DNA from: Amoebidium appalachense
Taxonomy: Eukaryota > Protista > Ichthyosporea
Length of the DNA: 64,000 bases
NCBI GenBank assembly: GCA_963693365.1
Contig: CAVNZM010000002.1
Coordinates: 15,719,615-15,783,614 of the forward strand
Reading direction: 5' to 3'
Positions 39,034 through 53,639 of this stretch are shown one piece after another. How positions within the stretch are numbered: position 1 is the stretch's first letter; every line of letters starts with the position of its first letter. The notes below the pieces were generated by a model. The model saw only the letters and a program-made list of their open reading frames with translations, had not been told where the DNA came from and ran no database searches. Position numbers and translations under genes: made by a program.

Positions 39034-40874
39034 TTCTGATGCTACGAATCGTCCTGCACTAAACACGTGTCTCCCTCCTTGCGCGCTGCGTCACCTACTC
39101 ATCACAAGCTGAACAAAAAGTGCTATGCTAGACAAACAAGCAAACGTAAGAGTGTTCTGATGCGTTGTCCGCGGGAGAGACGGCCGCCTAGGCTCTAGAA
39201 TGGCTGCAGTTGCTAAGTGAAATGATTGTGTTGGAAATGAAGAGACTCAGACTCTACAAGTAGGAAGGTTTTGCCAGCACCGGCGTATGCTATGCGTGAT
39301 TTGTATCCAACCAGGTTGAACAACGACCCAGAGGTCCAAGGACATGTGTACACATGCCGATGGTTCCTATGGCCGACTCTTGTAGGTTGGTGTCATTGTT
39401 GGTATTGTACATGTGTACTCTCAACGTGGATGGTAGATATATTAGAATCACACACTTCGAGAATAAAACATATTTATATGTCATCTATAGCATAATGTTC
39501 GTTCTGTTTTATTTTTGAGTACACCTCGCTCACAGAACACAACACAAGTTACCGTGGCACCTGCTCATGCTTTCGTTGACTTTGTTCGGGATCCAATCAA
39601 TTCTTTGGTATGCAGTTTGCTCTCGGCGCCAAAACGTTCCCGTCTCCAAGATGCTTGTGCATTCCACGCATGCTTTTGCCAATAGATGTCTGCTTTCAGA
39701 TTGCTTCATATAAGACTCTACGAGCACTCTGTAACTGTTTTACTGCTATGCCACAGGACTACTTACTACTATGTAGTGGAAGTTCTTCCTTTTTTACAGT
39801 TTATTTAGGCTGTTAGGGTTGTACCCAGCTTTGGTGTAGGAAAGTTGGCTGCTCACTGATTCCAAGCGGCATGCATGCCACCCAAGATTAGATACAATGG
39901 GACCGTGTTGCCATTAGAAACGTCTGCGAGAAAAACATATGGTGTTATTGTTTGAAGATCATATCACAGCACGGCACGCATAATCAGGAGATGCGCCATT
40001 ACATAGAACTTGTATCACCAACATTCAGATGCTTTTCCTCGTAACATTATTAATGGTCTTCGTTCAGGTAACGCAGGTATACACGACGGAACGTTTCCTG
40101 CGCCAGATTCTTGGAGCAAATTGATTGGTGGTTGTTACGAACGAAAGAGGCACCAATCATATCTCTCAATCTGGGTCATTACTTTCAACCAATAAGCGGC
40201 CGCTTCATTTTTAGTTTACCAATAATACGCATGCAAGCTAACAGCCCTAGCCTTGGAATATCTATCTGTTGATAGACACAGCACTTGCATGTGCGTGGTT
40301 TTCCCTTCTTGCATGATTTCCATCGAAAACATCGCTTTCTCATGCAAGGTTAGGGGCCTAAATCGCAAAGTTCGTGTTTGCGTGGAAAATAACGTGAAAA
40401 GCGTTATGCTCTGCATTATGCGTCATTTTTTCTACTGGGGTATCTTATGGCCTTGCGTGAAACACTTTTTCCCCGCCCAAATCCGCCATTCAAAGTGTGG
40501 TGGTGTAGTGGGCTCGGTCTTTTACGTTACCTTCTGGTTCAGCAACGAGCCCTCTTCGTAGCGCAGTTGCCCGTCGTTCCAATCTCCTCGATTGCTATCA
40601 GTTTGGCATATGACCTCTGCTTGGCACGCACGCCTCGGTGCACGCCTGTTTTCCTTCTGAGACCGTCACTTGCCCCGACATTGTGAAACGAGGATTAAGA
40701 TTTCTGAAGTTCGTACAGCACTAGTGTGGTCTAGTTTCTGTTTTCATTTTTCCTAAACTGAAGGTTCTTGTGTAATCACTACCTTCTCTGAGCTACCATG
40801 ATCATGTGAAAGTACAACCGAAACCCCGCCATTTCATGAGCACATGTGTATGTATGTACCGCAGGTATATACAG

Positions 40875-41012
40875 CTCGTGCACGTGTATGCATATATCAT
40901 CATGATATGCACTTGCCAAATGCATAATATGCATGTGGTCAGGGCTCGTGCACGTCTATGCATATATCATCATGATATGCACTTGCCAATGCATAATATG
41001 CATGTGGTCAGG
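40875..41012. repeat. ~70-bp tandem duplication
   Basis: CTCGTGCACGT.TATGCATATATCATCATGATATGCACTTGCCAA(A)TGCATAATATGCATGTGGTCAGGG x2. Confidence 0.9.
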
Positions 41013-41047
41013 GCGCTTGACGAGCTCCCTCACAGTGTTTGTTCCCT

Positions 41048-41091
<44 letters not shown>

Positions 41092-41217
41092 ACCCCCCCC
41101 ACCCCCCCACCCACCCACCCACCCACCCACCCACCCACCCACCAACACGTGCACCACCATGGCCACCACCACTCTCCGGGTCCACCACCACCACCACCAC
41201 CACCACCACATTATACG

Positions 41218-41354
<137 letters not shown>

Positions 41355-41391
41355 ACACACACACTCTCTCTCCCTCTCTCTCTCTCTCCCC

Positions 41392-41429
<38 letters not shown>

Positions 41430-41431
41430 CC

Positions 41432-41474
<43 letters not shown>

Positions 41475-42331
41475 CCCCCCCCCCTCTCTCTCTCTCTCTC
41501 TCCCCCCCCCCCCCTCCCTCCCTCTCTCTCATATCTCTCTCTCGTCTCTCTTTCTCTCCTTCTCTCCCTCTCTCTGATAGCGTGTGTGTGTGTGTGTGTG
41601 TGTGTGTGACACTGTGGTCTCTCTCTCTCTCTGACACCCACCCACACACTATGACACAAACACACAAATTCGCACATGTACACACACACATACACACACA
41701 CACTCTCCCTCTTCTCCCTTTCACTCTTAAATTTTTTCTCCTCTGACAATGTATGTGTGTGTGTGTTTATCTCTCTTGGACATACACCTACACACACACA
41801 AACACACAAACACTGTGATAAAAACGCACAAAACACACACACCCCCAGTCACAGCGATCCACTTCAGTTTGGACACCCTGTAGATTGCGCGTGTTGTGAT
41901 AGAAATACTCCTAAACCGAAAAAGAAAGAATCTTAAACTGAGAAACAAAGTATTGTTACCCGTGTACTGTAGAGCGGTACTCCAAGGTCTCTGAAAAACT
42001 AGTTTCCCCAGGGTAGCACCCCCCGGTTCCTTATCAGTGAGTTCATCGACACGGGACATTAGCATGAATGACTCAGTTAGTAATAACACTGTACGGACCC
42101 AGGGTCACAGTCGGTGCTTAGTGAAAGAATGCAGTTCCTATGAGGGATCCTTCAGGGGCTCCTCTGGGGACAAAACTGGATCCGGATAAAATAAAAAATC
42201 CGATTAGAAAACAGAAGCACACACCCCGGCATATGCATGATGCACGCCTGACACTATCAATTTGTCAACCAAGACGAGATGGCGCAGCACTGCGGAAATG
42301 GCTTGTGAATCCCCCCCCCCCCCCTCCACGG

Positions 42332-42369
<38 letters not shown>

Positions 42370-43085
42370 CGGAGAATTTCGCACCAGTCACAGCACTATA
42401 ATCATTCTCCCCAGGCTCTAAAGAAAAGTCATTTCACCTTAAGCTTGTCTAATACAGAGTTCTGGGTTCTAAAGCACTGAGCAAAATTAGAACCTATTAT
42501 CATTCAAGTTCAAGAGGTCTCGTTTAGGCCAAATACCATTGAGTGTGCCAAATTTCCAGCCTTGAGTCGGTCCTCAGGAATAGGGGTCTATGGAGATTGC
42601 AGGTATGCTTTAGCTGGCTTTGTGAAAATTGTGATCAGATGCATTCATGCTAGACCATTGACAGGAATCGTTGAGCTTAATCGAAGAGAGTGTTGCCTAC
42701 TCATTGCACCCACACACACCTGGAAAACAAGGCGAGCACCAGATTTAGAGGACTCAATATAATCTGGGTCGGAGCCTTCCTGTTCAAATCATAGTATTGG
42801 TTACCCATGGCCACCAACGAGGCTGGCGTAAAAACCCTCCGGGGCTAAGTGTGTACGAATAGTTAGGATTGGTAATGGTGTGTTGGCTTAGCTGATGGCA
42901 TCATAGCACCCTAGCCAGACCTATGGCACCTGCTGGGTGGAAGACGTTGTGCCTCTGAGGGATCCCGAGCAACCCTTCGGGAACAAAACGGGATAAAATC
43001 ATAAAATAAAAAAAATGAAGCTGCATGGGGGGAGGGATAGGTGGTACACCTGCCAGATCACCGAGAAACGGGTTTTTTTTTTTTT

Positions 43086-43117
<32 letters not shown>

Positions 43118-43607
43118 GAAGAGAGAGAGAGAGAAGTCCTAGGGGGTATACTGTATACGGAGGTGGTTACCGTTAGCGGAATAAAATTCCTGTTCCCCCT
43201 TCCCCCCCCCTCCCACTTCCCCACTCCCCCAATCTTTCCCTCACTCCTCCCGTACTCCTTACCCCATCCTTTCACCTGTGTCACCTGGTCACACACAAAG
43301 CTTTTTGGGCCACAAATCAGAATCACTCACTCCCCCCCCCCCCCCTCCCCCCCCCCCCCCCACCCCCACCCCACCCCACCCCCTCACCCCCCGGGGGCCA
43401 AACACGCACACTGTGACTGAAACACACAAGCTGTCGAGTCTAAAAGTACCCGTGCGCGTGCACACATACACACACACTGTGGTGTGCGGGCGCGCACACA
43501 CATACAGACACAAATGCATCCTTACACACACACAGACACACAGGCACAGGCACACATATTCGCGCACACATGGCACACACATGCACAAACACACACGCAC
43601 ACAGACA

Positions 43608-43689
<82 letters not shown>

Positions 43690-43736
43690 GGTACCCAGGC
43701 GTGCGCACACACACGCAAGCACACACACGCACACAA

Positions 43737-43913
<177 letters not shown>

Positions 43914-45815
43914 ACACACATGCACAAGCACACACATACCAAACACAGTCCACTAGGTCCTTTTGTATCACAGAGCCCCATTAAGGTTTAAGCTTTCAGG
44001 AAATATGAGATCCCCCCCCCCCCCCCCCTCTCCCCCTCCCCTCCCCCCTCCATCATTACTCCCATCACCTACCCTCCCTTCCCCCCGGCCCTCCTAACCC
44101 TCCCCCCCGTCACTTCTCATCCATCCCGGGCACCTGCGTGGGCACACACCGATCGTTTCCATTCACACATTCCGAGGCAACCCGGCGGCCATTCATTTCT
44201 TCTGGTGCGAGAGTGGTCAATTTGATTGGTTGGATTCTATCACTGTGCACCGCAGTGTGCACCCCCTAGCGGTGGGTATAGACAAAAAATACTACCATAT
44301 ATGGTAGTGGCGCTCTTGTATAATAACTCACAATCTTGTACCTTGCTACGTTCAGGCCAATTTATAGAAAATAAGATGGTGAATTTTTAACGGACCTCTA
44401 CGGTTGATCAATATCCTACTATGAAGCACAGTTAGCCCCCCCCCCCCCCCCCATCGTCCGCCTTCCCCATCCAGCACACCCGGCTTCCCTAGCACCTACC
44501 TAACCTAACACGAGTCTCTGCAATGCCCAAATGCCCATGAAGCCCTCCTCAGGGGCCCATATTTGCACATCGATCTCCCTTTCACCCAACGTGGCCATGC
44601 CGTGCACGCACATCCAGTTGCGCACATGCACAGCCGTCACCGACCAAAACCTCAGTGAATGATAAAAAGCAGACGCCTTGTGTTAGTAGGCTCGAGAATA
44701 GAGGTAACAGCGAGAAAGAACAAGCTGGCAGCAGGGGGATCCTCGGGGGAGAGGGAGGGGAGAAGGGGTTACTTGGACGGATTTTAGGTCAACGTTTTTA
44801 GTTTTCGCCTCGATCCATATCCGGGACAGCACATCTGTATGCATCTGTATGTGATCATTTGAAAAAATATTATCAGTTTCGTAACGAAAACTTATAGAAA
44901 GTTTGCTAACAGCTAGGCGTGCTTCCATATGCATGTCATTGGTGGTGTTGCAGCTGCCGGCTTTTGAGCAAAAATGTTTAATCAATCCGAAGTTACCATT
45001 GCTATTTACACTTCTTCTCGTTTCTGTTTACGTTTCTCTCTTTTCTTTTTTCTTAAGGTTTATTTCTCTCTCCCCCCCCCCCCCCCCCCCCTCCCCCCCC
45101 CCACCCACCCCCCCCACCCCCACCCTCGCTACCTTTTTTGTTTGGTTCGGGGGGGGGGGGGGAGAAGGGGGAGGAGGGGAGGGTGTCCCAAGAGAGGAGA
45201 GAGGGAGGGAGGGAGGGAGGGAAGGGGGGGGGGGGGGGGGGGGGGGGGGGGGAGGGATATGTTTTTATAGCATTCGATGTGGTGGGTGGATGACACCTTC
45301 GATTCTGGCTTATTCTGGTGTGCACACGAATCTGGCGGGGTCAGTGATGGACAGCAGGAAGAGGGGGAGGGGGAGGGAGGGGGGGGGGGGGGGGGAGTAG
45401 GTTGCTGGTATCCAGAATAAGGGGAAGAAGGGGGGAGTAAGTGGAAGGGTAGAGGTTTCCGGGGACGGGGGAGGAGGGGGGGGGGGGGGGGGGGGGGGGA
45501 TACCGTTATGGTGGGAGGTGGGCCATCAGTCGAAAGAAGTATATACTACTGAAGCCCTAGGTATGGGAAGACTGAGTCACATTACATTCACTGCTAAAAA
45601 ATACAATACGAATATTGTTTCGTCAAAATTACGATAATAGGACGGAACCCCCCCGGCATCGGATTGGACATAGCACGATCGGGGGAATGTGCTGTTTGTT
45701 ATGTGAGCTGTGATGGCGGGATTCTGATGACGAAACTGGGGGGGGACGAGCCGATCCCCATATGGAATATAGGGACTGTCATCTTCCAGGCCGCTATGCT
45801 GTTTTTTTCTTTTTT

Positions 45816-45856
<41 letters not shown>

Positions 45857-46218
45857 AGGGGGGGGGGGGGGGGAGGGGGGGGGGGGGGCTGCCCCCTCAT
45901 TCGAATTTAGGCACACATACGGTTGCGATTTACCTTACTGAGGTATGATATTATCGTACGTTGTTTGTTTTTTTAGCAGTTCCTGTGAAGCGATCTCATC
46001 ATCACTGGTCACCACATGACTGAACACGATTGGTCTAACACTAACGGTTCCTATTGGCTACACACGCACTTCTACCATACATGGTAAGTACGTGATCTGG
46101 ACACATGTGGATGATGGGGTAGGTAGATGGAGTTTGGCTTGCTCTTACACGTGCACACATCATACTTTAGCCTCTCGCCCCCCTCCCCCCCTCCCCCCCC
46201 CCCCCCTTCCCCCCCCCC

Positions 46219-46257
<39 letters not shown>

Positions 46258-46352
46258 ACACACACACATCCCATCCCATAATCCCCTACTGGCTCCCCTT
46301 TACACTGCGTTTCCTTACCCTCAAATTTACTCTCCCTCAGCAGCATGCCTGT

Positions 46353-46396
<44 letters not shown>

Positions 46397-46865
46397 AAAA
46401 AAAAAAAAAAAAAGGTGATGCAAAAGCTCACTCCCCCGGTCCTCCCCTCCCCTCAAGGCTTCCCTTCTCAGCTCTGTAGATCTCCGTTTCACACATGCCC
46501 TCAGGCTGCCTCCCCTCCGCCTCTGTCCTTCCCCATAATCTTCCCGCCCTCTTTGAACTCTCACTATGACACACAGTCACCCTCCCCTTCCCTACCCCCT
46601 CTCCTCTCCCCCTCCGTCCCCCCCCCCCCCCCCCCCCCCCCCTCCCTCCCCCCCCCCACCAGGTTCCCAAAACAAAACTTTTGAGGAAGGAAACAAGAAA
46701 GGCAATGGCAAAAAGAGCAATCACTAATACTACTATTAGTACCCAAATATCGATAATGTGGCCGACACATCGTCGTCTCCCGTGCTTTCCAAAATTTCCT
46801 CTCCACTTCTCCCACAAAAGCCTAGGTGGTGGGTGTGTTCAAACCAGATTTAGTAGGGGTTTATA

Positions 46866-46868
<3 letters not shown>

Positions 46869-46923
<55 letters not shown>
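46869..46923. repeat. (TA)n microsatellite
   Basis: Read directly from the sequence. Confidence 0.95.
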
Positions 46924-46926
<3 letters not shown>

Positions 46927-47425
46927 GTTTCACTCCCAGCGAGGCACTGCCCCAGGGGAGCTTACCGTCTTCCGCCTAGACACAGATCGTACTGTATAGC
47001 ACACCTATAGGTCAGGATTCTAAATCGACCCCAACTGGCACTATTTTTAGTTACGCCTTTATCCCACGGTTTTAGCCGCAGTAACGCTAGTCACTGATTT
47101 AGTAGGTGCAAATGGATGATTTAAGCCTTTGAGTCAACTTCTATCGCTAGGCTTCCGGGTAAATGACCTTATACTAACTTTACAGCGGGCCACCGCATGG
47201 CATAACATTATGTTTTTGTAGTACCGTTTTATTGCCTGATGTGCATGGTATTATTTACCGTTCTGTTGACTCTGCTAGACGGCCGTGCTTTGGTGTTGGG
47301 GCCGGGACCAGGCCTTGGGAGGAGTATTTGCACATGTGTGTGTGATCTTATTTTGAGTCACGCTTTTTTTGACCCGGTGGTAGTGGTGGTGTGTAGTATG
47401 GTGTGTGCGTCACCGTGTGTGTGTG

Positions 47426-47478
<53 letters not shown>

Positions 47479-48782
47479 TGAAGGGTTGGGAGAGCAAATC
47501 AATCCAATCATAACCACAGAGCACGACAAAGCCATGTCGCATTAGTTTCCAAGGACACCAAAACAACCTAAAGCATTTATTTCCATTTGATACAGTCACA
47601 TTACCGAAGTCCAACACCTGTACAAAACCCATCTTCAGGGGGGGATGGATGGGGGGGGGAGGGGGCGGGGAAGGTGGGGAGGGGGGGGGGGGGGGGGGGG
47701 AGGGGAGGGGGGGGGGGGGATGGTTTAGAATGTGATCCAGAGTACCAAGTGCATGTCTACTACGGACCACAAAATGCAGAATGTACATGTACAGCACACT
47801 GTCATAAGAGCATGCATTATGAATACTATTTAGAACCCATTTTCGGGCGAGCTGCCAGGAGGGGTCAAGTAATCCACAGAACTCAACCTCGCATGCACAA
47901 TCAAACTCAGACATTCAATCACTTGAAAATGGGTGGGTCCTTGTAAGGGGGTCGGGGGGTCGGGGGGCGGGGGCGGGGGGGGCGGGGGGGAGAGCCGGAA
48001 AGGGGAGAGGAGGGGGGGAGGGGGGGAGGGGGGAAGGGGAGGGGGGAGGGGGAGAGGGGGGACCAAGTATTAATATGGAGTCAAATTGAAATTTCGCGGA
48101 GCGGACATCCGAGGAGAATTGAGATATATTGAATTGGGTACGAAGGTGGGATGGACTCCGGGGATTTTGAAAAAGCAGAAAGCCACGCTGGGAAGAACAA
48201 AAGGGGATGCAAAAAAAGGTGGGCTAGGGTTGCCAATGGGAGGGTGGGGGGTGGGTGGGTGGGGAGCTCGGAGGGGAAGAGGGGGGAGGCGCAAGGGAGA
48301 GGAGGAGGGGGAGGGAGATGGGGCGGGGGGGGGGGGGGGGGGGAGGGGGGAGAAGGGGAAGGACATATTCAATTTTAGGTGTCAACATAGACTGGTAGGA
48401 GAATTTTAAGGCCACATTGAACACACATTCGATTTAGGTTTTGTCCGTTTCGCCGCGTAATGTGCATTGACAATGGCTACACCACCTTTGCCCCAAATAT
48501 GGGGCCATCTCCTTTTTTTTTTCAGGACTGCGCGATTGCCATTTCATATGAGATTTCGGTGGAAACACTGAAATCGACATAGTCGTTAACGTGACACAGT
48601 CACATGAACGAAGTGGTTGTTGCAGACACGGGTAGAGGGCGATTGGAAGGCGGAAGGCTGCCAGTGGGTGAGGGGGGAGGGGGGGGAGGGGGGGGGACGG
48701 CTTGGGACTTTTGTTGTCTACATAAGCCTTAAACTTGTCTTCTTCATTTTCTTGGTCAGAGGCTGTGTTTGTGTGTGTGTGT

Positions 48783-48830
<48 letters not shown>

Positions 48831-48968
48831 GGGGGGGAGGGGGGGAGGGGGGGGGGGGGGAGTAAAAAGGGGGGTAATTGTAGGCGTGATGTGGTTGTGT
48901 GCGACCCAGAGACTGTATGTATACGAGTACTGTGTTTTTGTTTGTGCGTGTATCATGGTATGTGTGTG

Positions 48969-49022
<54 letters not shown>

Positions 49023-49516
49023 GTGTATGTGCGTGTGTGTGTGTGTGCATGTGTGTATGTGTGTGTGTGTGTGTGTGTGCATGTCACGGTGTGTGTGTGT
49101 GTGTGTGCATGTCACGGTGTGTGTGTGTGTGCGTGTGAACGTGCGCATGCGCGCACACGTGGGTACGTACTTGAACACACACGTAATACACACATACACG
49201 CATACGGGGGGAAGGGGGGGAGGGAGGGGGATGAGGGGGAGGGGGGGGGGGGGGGGGGGAGGGAGGGGCTGTGATACAGACAGCACGGGCCTAGGGCGTG
49301 CATTGATCTGCATCAAAAACCCATACCGTAGTTTGTGAGGCATAGCCTTGTAATATTCGTTCCGAGGCTTAGGTCTGAGGCCTGAGTGTGTACTTGTGTA
49401 CGTGTGTTTGGAGGGGGGGGGGGGGGGGGGGAGGGGGGGGGGCAAGGGGGGGGGGGATGGGGGTAGGGGGGAAAGCATTAGAGTCGAGGGAGGGTGGGGA
49501 AGAAGGGCCGGAGGGG

Positions 49517-49577
<61 letters not shown>

Positions 49578-49752
49578 AGGGGGGGAGGGGCAGCTGGTGA
49601 AGAGCCTCGAGGCCAAAGGGGCCATGCAAGCGGCTCGAGGAACTTTATGTGCCCCAGGTGTGTGTGAGCTCGAGCACATGTGTGCATGTGTGTACCAATG
49701 TGTGTGTGTGAAAGCACCGAGACAGAATGTGCGTTTGAGTGTACTCGTGTGC

Positions 49753-49831
<79 letters not shown>

Positions 49832-49836
49832 TGTGT

Positions 49837-49901
<65 letters not shown>

Positions 49902-50752
49902 ACACTGTGTGTGTGCGTGCGTGCGTACGTTCGTGTGCGTGTGTGTGTGTGTGTGTGTGTTTGTGTGTGTGTGTTCGTGTGTGTGTTTGCGCGTGCACGT
50001 GTGCATGCACATGTGTGTGTGTTTGCGCGTGCATGTGTGCGTGCACATGTGTGTGTGTGCACCCCATGTGTGCGTGCGAGCGGGCGTATTTTTATGTGTG
50101 TTCCGGCTGGCAGCCTGGGCCTGTTATTTGTGCCGGCGTTGCAGCATGTGCATGCGAGCAACACTGAGGAGGAGCCTGTGGGCCCGGGAGGGGGTTTCAA
50201 TGTATGCCAGGCACAAAGAAGAACAAGCAGAGAGGGAACAAACAGCACAAGGCCTGTTCTCTGTGTTCGAAACAAATGCCATGGCGTTGACTGCATGAAG
50301 GGGTAGGAGCTCAGTCTGATGACATACATAGCAATTGAGTAAATACTGTTTCGAAAGTCTACTCGGGCTACGATTCATCACCCATGAGGCCCTCGATGGA
50401 TTCCGTGGTACAGGCATCTATCACAACAGAGATTCTTTCTCTTCAGTATTAATAAGGATGGAGTGGAGCATTTTAAAGAACTTTGCACCATGTCACCGCT
50501 GTGTGTGAAGAAGCGAGATCTATCAATAGCCATCATGAAGGGATTGGGTGGATCTCTAAAAATGGGTTCAAGCAGTGACCACGCAAGGCCATGGGCCGTC
50601 GAGCGTGGAGCATAACATGTTTCCCCTTCTTCTTCCACTTATCCCTTCTTATTTCTCTCTTATTTTCTCTCTAACTGCATGATTCTTCCTCTGCCGTTGT
50701 CGGAATCTCCTGGGACCCCCCAAACCCCCGTCTCTCTAGATTATACTGGATA

Positions 50753-50985
50753 GAGAGGTGAGGAGGGGACAGGTCGGATAGAGAAGAGAGGGTGGGAGGG
50801 CAAATACTTCTTTAAGCGGCTTATGTGCTTATATGCCTGTAACGCTCTCGATATATGGTCTGGTCCCAATAGCTGCTAGAGTATCCTATCTCGCGCTGAA
50901 ATTCAATAAGCACATAAGCCGCTTAAAGAGGTATTTGCCCTCCCACCCTCTCTTCTCTATCCGACCTGTCCCCTCCTCACCTCTC
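50753..50985. repeat. Inverted repeat / hairpin, 80-bp arms, 73-nt loop
   Basis: 50753-50832 is the reverse complement of 50906-50985 with one mismatch (a G-U wobble on the + strand). Confidence 0.93.
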
Positions 50986-51049
50986 CCCTCTTTCCTCCCC
51001 TCTCTCTCCCCTTCTCCCCTGGGCACAAATACAAATAAACCCCGCAATA

Positions 51050-51641
51050 GTGTGTGTGTGACTTTGGACTGCCACTTACTTATTAAACATGTACACAATC
51101 ACAAGATAATCACGCAATATAACAAATGGAAAAAGATACCACACGACACTAGACCCGATGAAAGCATACACCTTGAAAAACTAAGCCTTATGTCTCGTTT
51201 TATATATACTGACCGCCTCAACCATATTGCCAAATATGGCACTCGCAAATGTATAACACCTAAATACATATTACCTTCCTGTAGAACTGGTCTTTCTCTA
51301 GCTGATGGTATTATTGATCAATTACCACGCTTTTACTGTACACGTGCTATACAGTGGAGATCTAATAAGTAAAAGGTGGCATCATTTGCATGCCCAAACA
51401 ACACACACACACACCAGTTTAACCGGTCATGTATCGCCAAATGTAGTTTGATAGACCACATAATACCGCAACACACACACGTCACATTCACAACAGACAC
51501 CCAGAAAGATAGCCTACCTGTAAATTACAACATCCTTGATTTTATACTAAACACGCGTAACTACGACCTGTTTATTAGATGTATTGATTGGCTTGAGAAA
51601 CACATCACTACAAAATTATAGCGCACGCGCACACACACACA

Positions 51642-51676
<35 letters not shown>

Positions 51677-51708
51677 CCAGCTGATACCGAGTGTCCCGAG
51701 GGGAGCCC

Positions 51709-51750
<42 letters not shown>
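51050..51750 (+). mobile_element. Probable 3' fragment of a non-LTR retrotransposon (C-terminal Cys/His region), followed by (CA)n and poly-A
   Basis: Frame continues across one stop: ...FYCTRAIQWRSNK*KVASFACP..THTHQFNRSCIAKC...NILDFILN, resembling fungal/protist LINE C-termini. A-tract at 51713-51750. Confidence 0.5.
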
Positions 51751-51751
<1 letters not shown>

Positions 51752-52444
51752 GGGGAACCCCAACTAATTGATTTCTCCTTGTAGTCTTTATGGTGACAGT
51801 CTCGTAGAGAAAGTAAACCCTGATATATAGTCACCACCCGACATCTATGTACGTGATCATGATATACCGCTGAGGGGATATTCCGAGCAAAACCCCCCCC
51901 ATACCTGAGACTGGTTCTCTTTGCCTCGAGTAAACAGCGTAAACCCCCATAGAGATCTATGGCAGTAGGAGAGGTCTGGTCAACCCCTCCCCCCCCCCCC
52001 TCTCCCCCCCCTCCCCTCAGTGACGTCACCACATTGCCATGGCCCCTGCCCCCTGCATATATCGCACTGCAATACGCAGCAGCTGGCTGAGCGATATCAT
52101 GAACCGCCGGCCCGATCTTGGAGACCTTGAACACACAAACGACATAACATTGGGCAGTCTCACATTGTGTCACACAGCCTTCCTCTTATGATGATATGCA
52201 ACATGCTTTAGATAAAAATATATTCTTCTTAAAATGAGTATATAAACATTCAGCTTCGCTAGTAACATGATGAAACTGTTGCCGAAGCGTTCGCATTCTG
52301 AAAAAAAGCCGGCACATAGCCGCTTTTGATTGGAATTAAATCACGTTTCGTTGACCTCCAACAATTTGGGTGGGCGTTAGTTGCGGCCCGGCGGACGGTG
52401 ATGTTTGGCCGTGCAATCAAATTGCACGCCTGAACAATCTTATT

Positions 52445-53339
52445 CCATTCGAATTCGATAAACACAGGGTTCGAACAATACCGGGGTCGTGCGCCGACTC
52501 GGATTCGGAGACAGGGCTAGAAATTACATTTTAGGATTACTGTATTTTGTCACCTGGCGGATCGCGACCTCTTTTTGTCCAGAGATATTTACTTCCTTTT
52601 TACATCCCTATATCTTTCCGATATATGTATACCTATCCGGCCCCGGGGCCCCCCCCCCGGACCCTCCGTACGATTCATTGCCAACATCATAACCTTGCGT
52701 TTATATTACCGTACTAGGCTATACATTTAGAATTTCCTGTCAGTTATTCCCAACAATCATGTGTGCCCCTTGTTTAAGGGCGATTTACTGTGTTGACTGC
52801 TCCTTTCGAGTCTCAGCCATCTGCTGAACCATTGTATATATCTAAAAATTTGTGACTTGAATGCAAAACGAAATACAACGAGCCCAGAAAGCAGATTAAA
52901 TTGGATATTGAGTGGATATTTTTCCTGCCTTTTTCCCGAATGCTTTGTCCGGCCCCCGGCAGAGGACTGGTCATGAGATATAATGAGGTATGTAAGTAGA
53001 TAACTTTCTTCGTGATTGCAGGTTTCCAGTGTTTTTCCAGGAAAAAATCGGAAAAATTGAGAGCTCCAACTTTGGGCAGTTGGGCCCAGGGGGGGGAAGA
53101 GGGGGAGGGGGAGGGCATTATTCTTTTTTATTTACTTCCCCAACCTCCAACGCAGGTGGAACTAAGTCCCAGGCTTTACTGATACTTTTTGAAAATTAGC
53201 GGTATATTTACTTCCGAAAACAGTGTAATTTCCTGCCCTGCTTGGAGATGGGGTAGCTAATGAGTACCATTCGAAATCGGTAAACACAGGGTTCGAACAA
53301 TGCGGGGGTCGTGCGCCGACTCGGACTCGGAGATGGGGC
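52445..53339. repeat. Pair of ~73-bp direct repeats (52445-52517, 53267-53339) upstream of the sugar transporter
   Basis: CCATTCGAA.TCG.TAAACACAGGGTTCGAACAAT..GGGGTCGTGCGCCGACTCGGA.TCGGAGA in both. Confidence 0.88.
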
Positions 53340-53639
53340 AGCCAACGAGTAAATATACTTATTGTTGCAAGCTGCTGAGCCCGAAGCAGAAGTTTCAGGC
53401 AGATGCATATGCTTCTACGGGCCAAAGAATATGTACAAAGGTCAACACACGCGCCCGGACCTCACTGCCTGACTGCAGTGCGCCACAGCCTCCGCAAACG
53501 GTCAATATGCATAATTTCACACCCTGTGCAGAGGCTTATCTCAGAAGCCTCCGAGAGCCTTCGTTCAGTCTGTCAGTATGTGTGTTTTGTGTTGTGTGTT
53601 GCTATAGGTGGCGTGCAGGGGTCATAGCGACACTCAAAC

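Noticed and set aside
40495-40560. tRNA-like A-box GGTGGTGTAGTGG; B-box-like hits at ~23790 and 52468
   Set aside because: No cloverleaf and no properly spaced A/B pair.
42950-43000. Hammerhead-like CTGA...stem...AAA, and CTGATGA hits elsewhere (e.g. 45724)
   Set aside because: Core consensus or stems are incomplete.
49280-50620. Scattered exon-like blocks between (GT)n tracts
   Set aside because: No consistent frame and no recognisable family.
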